The notes below the pieces were generated by a model, which was given only the letters and a program-made list of their open reading frames with translations, searched no databases and was not told the origin of the DNA. Source: a virus (Duplodnaviria > Caudoviricetes). From it: a stretch of 50,192 nucleotides of DNA. Location of the stretch: positions 1 through 50,192 of IMG/VR virus record IMGVR_UViG_3300014613_000007, one strand, 5' to 3'. Positions 1 through 7,736 of the stretch are shown piece after piece (the first letter of the stretch is position 1; every line of letters begins with the position of its first letter). The position numbers and the translations under genes were made by a program.

Positions 1-123
1 CCAAATCATCTGTGTTCTCGATAAGTGTCGGCATAACTACAAAGATTGTTTTGCCATCAATTTGGGCCAATCCGGCAAATTCTTCGTATATTTCAAGTTT
101 TGTATGTTTTGCTTCGCTCATAA
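1..123. repeat. Terminal direct repeat, copy 1 (identical to 50070-50192); circular assembly overlap
   Basis: ccaaatcatctgtg...gcttcgctcataa occurs at both ends; the ORF 49885-50190 start codon also appears at 119-121, directly after gene 125-445. Confidence 0.95.
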
Positions 124-124
124 T

Positions 125-445
125 TCAGTCCTTTTTTTGTTTTGCCCCACACTCTGAACATGGCATTGTTCCTATTCCTGTTATGCCTATTCTAAACAGT
201 CCTTTAATTTCATCGACAAGCTCTGTGTGTTCCTGTAGGAAGGTTTTTAGGGTTCTTTTGGTACTTTGCCTTAGCTTCTTTGAGATAAGCCCTTCACAGA
301 GGCTTACGACACTGGGATAATAGCCAATGGGGACCAACGTTGTCTTTCCGGCCTTTTTTCCTGTTTCGATAACGTGGACTTCGTTCAGAATGAAATTGTA
401 CGCATCGGAAGTCATTACATAATTGTCCGTTATTTGTATGTTCAT
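125..445 (-). CDS. DUF5405-like phage protein
   Basis: N-terminal 'I.D.YV.TSD.YNFILNE......GK.AG......IGYYP' pattern recalled from this family. Confidence 0.6.
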   Translation of the reverse strand: MNIQITDNYVMTSDAYNFILNEVHVIETGKKAGKTTLVPIGYYPSVVSLCEGLISKKLRQSTKRTLKTFLQEHTELVDEIKGLFRIGITGIGTMPCSECGAKQKKD

Positions 446-476
446 TGTTTGCTCTCAGGGTGTTTTTTAGAAATAT

Positions 477-1379
477 TCATTTTTTCCAATTATCCGCCAG
501 TCTTTCAATTTCCTTGCGGTCTTTTTCTTGTTGTCTTATTTGCTTCCTACGCTTATCGTCTTGCGTATGGCTGCCTACAGATATTGTGATAAGCTCGGTT
601 AAAATACGCGGATCGAGGGCGTCAAGTTCCCACGAATCACCGCCGAATATTTCTTTATATGAATCATATCGGCTATCTGTGGTCTTGGCCGGATTAGGCG
701 GCGGCTGATACTCTTCGATTTGCTCCATTGTCAAGGCAATTCTTTCGACCTGTACCGACGAACCGAATATTTCCAACCTATCCTGTATATCTCGGCTCAT
801 GTCGATTCCTGATGGGTCATGGTCGCCTAAATGTATCAGGAAAGTATCCTGCCTTCTCCTTCTTTTGTGTTCACGGACAATAAAACGCTGAGCAGCTATC
901 CACATTTCCGATTGAGAGACAAAGCCCCGACAAGATAAATACCCCACATCAAGTGGGTCGCAAGCCTTCTCAATCACACCGACAAGGGCATCTTTTTCAA
1001 CCCAAACCTCAACGTAATCGTGCTGGTCGATACGTGTATCAATTGCATAACTTTCGGCGGCGGATTGAAGAACTTCCGCAGGGCTATTCCAGTGCGGCAA
1101 AGACTCATAATTGCGAGTCCTGTCAGTAATAGAATTCCAATCAATCAACCCGGCAAGCCTTGCATCGTTAATTACAGAGCCAAGTCTTTTGTACTCGCCC
1201 TGCCTGTTTGCGATAATATCTCTGGATACGTGTTGATAAAATAATTGGCGCAGGGTTAAATCGTACCCTTGCTCCATATATTCCTCGATTATTGCGTTGG
1301 AACTCTCAATAATTGCGAGGGAACTACGGGAAAACCTTTTTTTAATATAAGCTTTTTTCATTGTCTTCTTGACTTTCAT
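477..1379 (-). CDS. Toprim-domain protein (Topo VI-A/Spo11/JetD-like fold) with N-terminal winged helix
   Basis: TLRQLFY winged-helix motif, Toprim VEVWVEKDAL glutamate, RGF.S, HLGDHDPSG (DxD), WELDAL. Confidence 0.8.
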   Translation of the reverse strand: MKVKKTMKKAYIKKRFSRSSLAIIESSNAIIEEYMEQGYDLTLRQLFYQHVSRDIIANRQGEYKRLGSVINDARLAGLIDWNSITDRTRNYESLPHWNSPAEVLQSAAESYAIDTRIDQHDYVEVWVEKDALVGVIEKACDPLDVGYLSCRGFVSQSEMWIAAQRFIVREHKRRRRQDTFLIHLGDHDPSGIDMSRDIQDRLEIFGSSVQVERIALTMEQIEEYQPPPNPAKTTDSRYDSYKEIFGGDSWELDALDPRILTELITISVGSHTQDDKRRKQIRQQEKDRKEIERLADNWKK

Positions 1380-1389
1380 TATCCAGTTA

Positions 1390-1664
1390 TTGCTTTGCCT
1401 TTGCTTTGCATGGCTCCGCCGCGCTCAGCCTTTGCTCCGCCTTCGCGTTGCATTGCTTCACATAGCCAATGCTGTGCACAGCAGAACTTTGCGATGCAAA
1501 ACCTTGCCTTTGCTTAGCATTGCAAAGCCCCGCCTTAGCTTAGCCACGCTCTGCGCTGCTCTGCCTTCGCACAGCTGAGCATTGCTATGCCTTCGCACAG
1601 CCATACCGCGCAATACTAAGCCCTGCCACGCTTCACCTTCGCTTCGCCGCGCCCCGCCTTCGCA
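1390..1664 (-). ncRNA. Non-coding NGY-NN periodic array (53 units); putative guide RNA of the adjacent Cas7-like protein
   Basis: Minus strand parses without gaps as TGCGAA GGCGG GGCGC GGCGA AGCGAA GGTGA ... GGCAA AGCAA; all 53 units have G at position 2 and C/T at position 3; no minus-strand ORF of 60 aa or more. The repeat is certain, the RNA function is inferred. Confidence 0.75.
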
Positions 1665-1670
1665 TATTAT

Positions 1671-2273
1671 TCACTTTTTAATTCTATAAGAAAATCGGCC
1701 ACACCCACTCGTCCTCCATTGTCCCATGCCGAGCAATGCCCCGTATGCCAGCCATTGCACGATGAACTTTTCGAGATTCTTATTGAGACAAGATACCTCA
1801 ATCCTTAATTTCGTTCTCGCCGGTACGGATTCTGATCTTGCAAGGCATATCCGTTCACCTTTCATCGTCTGACCTCTCAAAGGACGTTCGATGAATTCAG
1901 GTTTTGCTCCTTCGGGTAATTCAAGATATATCTTGCGGGGATTAACAAATATCTGCTTGTCGATGGTCTTTTTATAGAGATATGGAGTTAGACGATATTT
2001 TTTAAGCTCCTCTTGTGTCATTGTGCCGGAATATATCATCTGCTCGCACGCTTCCTTGAAGAAACCTTTGAACTGGTAGTCCCAGAGCATCAATTTGTCG
2101 CCGTCTCTGGCAAAAATAGTGCTTGATCCCTCCAATTCTTCGTCCGGGTGCATTTCCGATTCTTCCTCAGATTGACCCTCTGGATGCTTGGAAATTATAA
2201 AATCTTCGGCTATTTCCTTATTGCCCGAAAGCGTTCCCAATAATGGTTCTGTAAATGTTATCTCAATTTTCAT
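1671..2273 (-). CDS. Solitary RAMP/Cas7-like (Csm3/Csf2-like) protein
   Basis: RAMP motifs in the expected order: IEITFTEPLLG (beta1), LWDYQFKGFFKEA (matches 'ipgssiKG.lR'), RSESVPART.L.IEV, and C-terminal G-rich loop YGALLGMGQWRTSGCGRF; RBS GAAGGGA upstream. Confidence 0.85.
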   Translation of the reverse strand: MKIEITFTEPLLGTLSGNKEIAEDFIISKHPEGQSEEESEMHPDEELEGSSTIFARDGDKLMLWDYQFKGFFKEACEQMIYSGTMTQEELKKYRLTPYLYKKTIDKQIFVNPRKIYLELPEGAKPEFIERPLRGQTMKGERICLARSESVPARTKLRIEVSCLNKNLEKFIVQWLAYGALLGMGQWRTSGCGRFSYRIKK

Positions 2274-2310
2274 TTTTTCCCTTCACTTTCTATATGCGGC
2301 AAGGATGCCA

Positions 2311-2409
2311 TTAACAACTTCTCCACATTTGGCGGAAACCCAAATATACAACGAAAATTATCCAGCCAACGAAAAGAATTCTCAAAATATCAACTAAAGT
2401 TTTTATCAT
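2311..2409 (-). CDS. Small membrane peptide (32 aa, MIKTLVDILRILFVGWIIFVVYLGFRQMWRSC)
   Basis: Translated manually; fills the gap between gene 2418-2795 and the RAMP gene; one hydrophobic helix. Confidence 0.45.
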   Translation of the reverse strand: MIKTLVDILRILFVGWIIFVVYLGFRQMWRSC

Positions 2410-2417
2410 TCCGATCT

Positions 2418-2795
2418 TTACTTATAAGTAGAAAGCAATCGTTCAATACGTTGCTCTTCCGCCAAAATCTTCACTTGTTTCTCCTTTTCCCTAACTTCGC
2501 TTTTTTTTTCTATTTGTTGTTTTCTCTGTTCTACCAAAGCGTTAAAATCTTCTATCCATTTGCCTTGGTACAACCAGCCATATTCCTCTGTCCAACCTGA
2601 ATTGCCAGCAACAATCCCATATATTTCAACAGCGTCAGGTATAACCCAAGGAACATCATCATTTTTAAGAACTACACCTTCTGGCAAAAGCCATATTTGA
2701 AATGTTTGTCCGCGACCATGGCTACTCGGATACAAATACAATCTGCCATGTTGCTCTTTGTCGAATATATTCGCATATACATCTGCGCCTTTCAT
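2418..2795 (-). CDS. Hypothetical protein
   Basis: 125-aa ORF with AAGGAG RBS upstream; charged C-terminal helix. Confidence 0.75.
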   Translation of the reverse strand: MKGADVYANIFDKEQHGRLYLYPSSHGRGQTFQIWLLPEGVVLKNDDVPWVIPDAVEIYGIVAGNSGWTEEYGWLYQGKWIEDFNALVEQRKQQIEKKSEVREKEKQVKILAEEQRIERLLSTYK

Positions 2796-3045
2796 TGGTT
2801 GTTCTCCTTTATCTTAAAAAGCAGCATATCCTCTTTATGTAATTTCAAAAAAAGGTGGGGCGCAGTTGATTTCTTGCCGCGCCCCGCACCTAAATGGAGG
2901 AGGGTGTATGCAAAAAAATTGGCCTGCCCGTTTTGAAGCGCAGTCGCCAGACGGACTTCAAGAAGTGTGGACAGGCCAAGGGTAGATTTAATTTTTTCCG
3001 AGTTGCATTGTCCGTCTGGCATTGTAAATCCTTTCTTAACTTTTG

Positions 3046-3081
3046 CACTATATATATAGTAGGGTCAAGCCCGAAAGTCAA
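3046..3081 (-). promoter_or_regulatory. Leftward promoter-like element TTGAC-N8-TTGAC...TATATATA
   Basis: Minus strand TTGACTTTCGGGCTTGACCCTACTATATATATAG; TTGACT-17-TATATA; near copy at 32094-32124 (+). Confidence 0.6.
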
Positions 3082-3182
3082 ATAAAAAATAAAATGGCTG
3101 TTTTTGGGGCAAAAATGAAGGATATTTTTTCACTATTTTCGATTGGACACTTGGTTAATGCAACTGAGAGGTAAAAAGCCAC

Positions 3183-3347
3183 CTATTTTTTGATCTCTCC
3201 GGTAAACTCAAACGCCTGCCGCAGCTTGTGAACGGCAATCTCTATGTCCTGCACGGCGACATATTTATCAGGTGTATCAATGTGACCGTGCATAGTCATC
3301 TTATGTATCAGGTCGTAAAACTTCTTAATGTGCTTGGCGGGTTTCAT
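3183..3347 (-). CDS. Small hypothetical protein (54 aa, MKPAKHIKKF...)
   Basis: Translated manually; ATGA overlap with the stop of 3344-3697. Confidence 0.55.
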   Translation of the reverse strand: MKPAKHIKKFYDLIHKMTMHGHIDTPDKYVAVQDIEIAVHKLRQAFEFTGEIKK

Positions 3348-3697
3348 GGCGGCAATCTACTCAATATTTCCTTGAAGGCTTTGTTTTGTTCGGTCTGAAT
3401 TGCCTGTTGTGCCATTCTTAAATCATCCATCTTTTCATCTAATTGGTCAATATCCTTTCCCATCCCGATCAAAGTCTCGGTATTAGTTATTATTTTGGGT
3501 CTGATTTCGACCTTTATCTCAGCCCTGGTCTCCTGAATTGCCCCCCTGTTAGTCTCGACGTCCTTAACAACTTCCGCCGCTTTCCATGATGTGTTGAGCA
3601 AAAAAGTAAGGGCCGCAACGAACAATGTAACCAACAATGTCGCTAATGATCCGATAATCACCTTCCTGATTGTGCCGTTTCTTCTTTCTTTCGTCAT
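3344..3697 (-). CDS. Single-TM plus coiled-coil protein (holin-like/lysis accessory candidate)
   Basis: N-terminal TM helix then heptad-like helix; located at the end of the virion module. Confidence 0.5.
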   Translation of the reverse strand: MTKERRNGTIRKVIIGSLATLLVTLFVAALTFLLNTSWKAAEVVKDVETNRGAIQETRAEIKVEIRPKIITNTETLIGMGKDIDQLDEKMDDLRMAQQAIQTEQNKAFKEILSRLPP

Positions 3698-3711
3698 TGC
3701 TTTTTCCTCTG

Positions 3712-5505
3712 CTAATCCATGATTATTTCTTTTATTTCAATCTTTTTGCCTTTTTTCACAGGTGAATAAGTATTAACAAATAATCCATGCTCATCAGCTA
3801 TTATTGATAGAAGTATATTTGCTGAATTTTCATCGTTTATAAGTTCGTAAAAATTTTGAATAGGTAAAGGTTCAAATAATTCTCGTATATCACCTTTAAG
3901 AGATATTTTTTCATCTTTTCTGTATTTATAATGTCCGGCAAGATGAGCCAATACTAAATTTGCCGCTGGTGCTGTTTTGTTTTCAAGATAATCTTCAAGA
4001 ATATCCACGCCCGTCAGTTCGCCGAATTTTCCGGTATTGAGTTTTATAAGCTTGCCAGTAGATGTACTCTTGATATATGAATCCTTATTTACCAGTAAAG
4101 GAACAAGTCTTACTGCTAATCTTGTAAGCGCTGCCGTTCCGCCTGATATATCAAATCTGGTATTACCAATCTTGATTTTGCCAAAATCGGAACTATGAGG
4201 GTCCCATTCTACAGTTTCAGGCCATAAAGCATAAGCAATACCAAGAATAAGTCCCTGGGCTACTACAATATGAAGAAGGTTTTTTGCCGCCTCTTTCTTT
4301 GCAAATTTGCTCATATTCTTATCGAATTTGTGCATTGTCAGCACATCAAGGTCTGCCTTTAGCATTCTCGGAGAAAAGAAAATATTACTAATCAAACCCG
4401 GTGCCTGTCTCTTGGCTCCTATTTCACCCCTTGCAGTCAGAGAATTTACAAGTTTGCCTATACTTTCCAATTCGACTTTATCATTTAAGTCAATATCCGA
4501 TTTCCGAGCGATGTTAAAATAATATTTCGCTGTCTTGTAACGGGCGTAATGGGCCGATGCAGTAAAAGCATTATGAGAAGCCAGGAATGGTTTGCCTAAA
4601 TATGGTATATTTTTATACCAGTCAGTAGGTGCTTCTTCCTCGATAACAGCAGTTGCCACTTTGGCTTTCTTCATCATATCATATTCAGGATCGGATAATA
4701 TTTCTGCCCTTATTTCATCCATGACAGGGACACCTCTGAACGTGTCCCAAATGACTTTATAGGATTTTTTGAAGGTGTCCCACCAGATTTTACCACTTTG
4801 GAAATCGCCTGTTATTCCTTTGAAAAACAAGTTTCGACCCTGTTTGCCTATCCAGCTATTATCAAGTGTTGTTCTCATTTCTCTTGATGTTGCCGCGATG
4901 CCTTTCGCCAGATCGCCTATAAACTTGAAAGGATTGTGAAGATATTCCACAACTCTTTCGGATATAGTTTCATGCTCGGCAATCGCTTTAACTGAAGAAA
5001 CATAATTATCAAAAGTTACTAATGTTCTGCCGTAATCCATTCTTGCTTTAGTCGGTTTACCTTCTTCATCTACAGCTTTTTCTCTGTCATAGAGTTCATC
5101 TTTATCGGCAACTTCTTTGGCAAGAGTTGTTATATTGCCTGCTTCCTCCATTGTAACGGTAGTGCCAAGAACATGAGCCGCCAAATCTTTAAGAAAGACA
5201 TCTTCTGTTTCTGGTGTCAAAACTTCCGACATTTTATTGACCCTGTTTACAAGTCCTCTTTGGGCTTCCGGCGTAATACCTGCCACCTTCTTGGCCCATG
5301 TCACCATACCTGTTTGCTGATTTTTGAGAATCAGTTTGGATTCTAATAAAGTATTAAGCTGAACGGCATTAACTTCTCCAAAATGCTCTGAAAAGAAGTT
5401 TCTTCTTTGCTCAGAGGTCATATCTATCATCTTATCGGGAGAGATAGTGCCGGCCTTAATCATATTCAAAAATTTATCAGCAAGATAAGTTGGCAAACAC
5501 CACAT
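3712..5505 (-). CDS. Internal virion (ejection) protein, C-terminal type
   Basis: 597 aa, helical, with late hydrophobic segment and 'DP.SSDFGKIKIGNTRFD' motif; follows the other internal virion genes. Confidence 0.6.
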   Translation of the reverse strand: MWCLPTYLADKFLNMIKAGTISPDKMIDMTSEQRRNFFSEHFGEVNAVQLNTLLESKLILKNQQTGMVTWAKKVAGITPEAQRGLVNRVNKMSEVLTPETEDVFLKDLAAHVLGTTVTMEEAGNITTLAKEVADKDELYDREKAVDEEGKPTKARMDYGRTLVTFDNYVSSVKAIAEHETISERVVEYLHNPFKFIGDLAKGIAATSREMRTTLDNSWIGKQGRNLFFKGITGDFQSGKIWWDTFKKSYKVIWDTFRGVPVMDEIRAEILSDPEYDMMKKAKVATAVIEEEAPTDWYKNIPYLGKPFLASHNAFTASAHYARYKTAKYYFNIARKSDIDLNDKVELESIGKLVNSLTARGEIGAKRQAPGLISNIFFSPRMLKADLDVLTMHKFDKNMSKFAKKEAAKNLLHIVVAQGLILGIAYALWPETVEWDPHSSDFGKIKIGNTRFDISGGTAALTRLAVRLVPLLVNKDSYIKSTSTGKLIKLNTGKFGELTGVDILEDYLENKTAPAANLVLAHLAGHYKYRKDEKISLKGDIRELFEPLPIQNFYELINDENSANILLSIIADEHGLFVNTYSPVKKGKKIEIKEIIMD

Positions 5506-5522
5506 TTAACACCTCAACAAAC

Positions 5523-7736
5523 TTAGCAGCGGATCGACTCGACGAATTCAGTCCAATTCTGGCGGCGGGTAACAGTCTCTCGAATGACTGACCTTATTTC
5601 TTCCGTCATGCGGGAAGTTTCCCGTTTAATACTCTTTATTTTCTTGCGTTTCTTAACAACTTTTTCTCTGGTCTTTTGAATATCCTGCATGGATTTTACA
5701 GGGTCGGCCAATGCAGTTCTGGTATCTGCCGCCTTGATTTCCTGACCCAATGCACTTAATTCAGCCGGTATGGTAGATTCGGTAGCAAGCCGTCTTAAAG
5801 TTTCTACATCATTATCCTTAATGGCTTTATACTTAACCGCTTCGTACATGCTTGCCGCTCGAAGTCCTGTTGGCGGATTCTCTTTACCCATTGCAATCCG
5901 TTTGGCCTGCTCATAATCCCTGTCAATAATCTCAGTAGCCATTTTTGCCTGCTCGGTCATCTTCATAGTTTCATAAGTCGGAAGCTCGCCGAGATTTTCC
6001 GCTAGATGCTTTTCGACGGCAAGTTCTTCAGTACGTTCCGCCAAACGAGATACCTTTCTTTCAGGTTCTGTAGGCTTGGCTCCCTTTTCCACGGCGGGGG
6101 CTTGCTTAAACACACCGACTTCCAATACATTACTGTCTTTGTCAACAAGCACAAAACCGTCATGCCCCATTTTCTCAAGTTTATCTCTGATATTTTGTGC
6201 TTCAAGATTGTCATATTCCTCTTGAGACACTCCTTTTTCAGCAAGAGCATTCCTTTGTTCCTGTGTAAATCCCACGAATTTTGAAAAATCGCTTTCTGTG
6301 CCAACAAAAGGATTATTAAGATTTACTTCTTGTTGGAGTATCTCACCTTCACCACGCCTATAATGTTCGGCAACATTTTTATCCGGGGTATAATATGTAG
6401 CCTTACCATATATCCCTGCATCTAATGCTCCTTCTGTTGATGTGCCTCTATATAAAGTAGCAGAATAAGGTTTTCCCATCTCCGGCGTAATAGTCACTCC
6501 GGCCTGAGTTTGGCCAACTACGGCCTTGCTGGGGGCTGCAATGGCCTCTGTGGGGGGTGCTTCGGCAGCAATAGGCTTGGCAAATACCTCTACTCCAACT
6601 GCTTTTTTCCCTTTAATGGCAGAAACCGCCATATCGAAACCACCTCTTATTGCAACAGGGCCACCAGCAGAAGCACCGCCAACCCACGCATTTTCCGGTA
6701 TGGCTTTTATACCCTCATTGAGAGCTTTTATTGCTGCCTCCTCTATGCCCATTCCTTTTGTGGTTTCAAGTCCGAAGACTTCCAGAAATCTTTGATTAAA
6801 TCCGGTAATCCCCTCTTGCGTGGCGTTTTCAAGAATAACACCCAAAGCTTCCCTAAGACTGAATCCCTCTTTTACACCTTTGAATATTTTGGGTAAAACG
6901 AGCATTTCTCCGCCAATTTCAGCAACTTCAGATAAGTTACCAATAACATTGGCCTTCATTATCGAAGCACCGCCCTCTAATTGGGTTTGAAAAGCTGAAC
7001 CACCTTCCATTTCACCCAAAAGAGCAAGTGCCACGGTCGGATCACCGGTCAATAATGTAATCCCCAAAGCTGCCGCCATAGAAGGAACGCCTGATTGAGT
7101 CACCAACCGCATTGCTTTTGTAATAGGCGCGTTTTTGATAATTTCTCGGTCTTGAGTTTCGGCCAGTTTTCTTTGTTCCTCCTGAAATATTGTACCGGCA
7201 ATATGGGGAAGTCTCGTTATAAGACCAAATGCCTCCGCTAATGTACCCATCGGCCAGTCTTTTGTCATTGGACGAATCATTCCGGGGATGTTCGGTAATT
7301 CTTCGCGTTTCATTGGCTTAACCGGCTCGAATTGATGCTTTACCATTTCATCGGGAAATATTCCCCCACCTGAAAGCATCATAGCTCTTCTCTTAATCGC
7401 AAACATCGTAGAGGCGGCAAGACCGATTGTGCCTATCTTTATATTCTCCGGCGTCTCATATAGGGCTTTTTCTATATCGGACATAAGATCAAGTTTTTCA
7501 GCCTGCTTTTTTAACTCCGGTTCCATGTCAAAAGCCATTTCCGGGGGAATACCGTATTGTTGACTATAGTAGAGACTATTCTCCGTTCGCTCACGAAGTT
7601 CCTTGGATAATTCAAAATTCGGCAAATCGGGAAATTCGGGACTCAGACCGCTTCCGTATCGAGGACTAAGTTCAGGTATGTCACTCAATTTAACAGGTCC
7701 TTGTACTTCAGGAATTTCACTGAGCTTTATTGGCAT
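5523..7736 (-). CDS. Internal virion (ejection) protein with an embedded ADP-ribosyltransferase-like domain
   Basis: Gly/Ala-rich membrane-like segment typical of ejection proteins; LYRG...GIYGKATYYT...A.HY...NLNNPF...GHDG...EVGVF at about 6100-6465. Confidence 0.6.
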   Translation of the reverse strand: MPIKLSEIPEVQGPVKLSDIPELSPRYGSGLSPEFPDLPNFELSKELRERTENSLYYSQQYGIPPEMAFDMEPELKKQAEKLDLMSDIEKALYETPENIKIGTIGLAASTMFAIKRRAMMLSGGGIFPDEMVKHQFEPVKPMKREELPNIPGMIRPMTKDWPMGTLAEAFGLITRLPHIAGTIFQEEQRKLAETQDREIIKNAPITKAMRLVTQSGVPSMAAALGITLLTGDPTVALALLGEMEGGSAFQTQLEGGASIMKANVIGNLSEVAEIGGEMLVLPKIFKGVKEGFSLREALGVILENATQEGITGFNQRFLEVFGLETTKGMGIEEAAIKALNEGIKAIPENAWVGGASAGGPVAIRGGFDMAVSAIKGKKAVGVEVFAKPIAAEAPPTEAIAAPSKAVVGQTQAGVTITPEMGKPYSATLYRGTSTEGALDAGIYGKATYYTPDKNVAEHYRRGEGEILQQEVNLNNPFVGTESDFSKFVGFTQEQRNALAEKGVSQEEYDNLEAQNIRDKLEKMGHDGFVLVDKDSNVLEVGVFKQAPAVEKGAKPTEPERKVSRLAERTEELAVEKHLAENLGELPTYETMKMTEQAKMATEIIDRDYEQAKRIAMGKENPPTGLRAASMYEAVKYKAIKDNDVETLRRLATESTIPAELSALGQEIKAADTRTALADPVKSMQDIQKTREKVVKKRKKIKSIKRETSRMTEEIRSVIRETVTRRQNWTEFVESIRC

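Noticed and set aside
1-123. Biological direct terminal repeat of a T7-like genome
   Set aside because: It falls inside a gene and looks like an assembler overlap; real termini cannot be inferred without reads
1269-1578. Plus-strand ORFs 1269-1517 and 1369-1578 over the periodic tract
   Set aside because: They are antisense to the operon, lack an RBS and overlap the Toprim gene; their Ala/Leu/Cys/Arg-rich translations are a by-product of the 5-nt periodicity
1390-1664. Calling the tract a CRISPR array or a simple microsatellite
   Set aside because: There are no 23-50 nt repeats with unique spacers, and adjacent units differ at three of five positions, unlike slippage repeats
2792-3081. ORFs 2792-3022 and 2890-3081 (-) as genes
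   Set aside because: They overlap the promoter-like element and hairpins and have no recognisable features; 2792-3022 cannot be fully excluded
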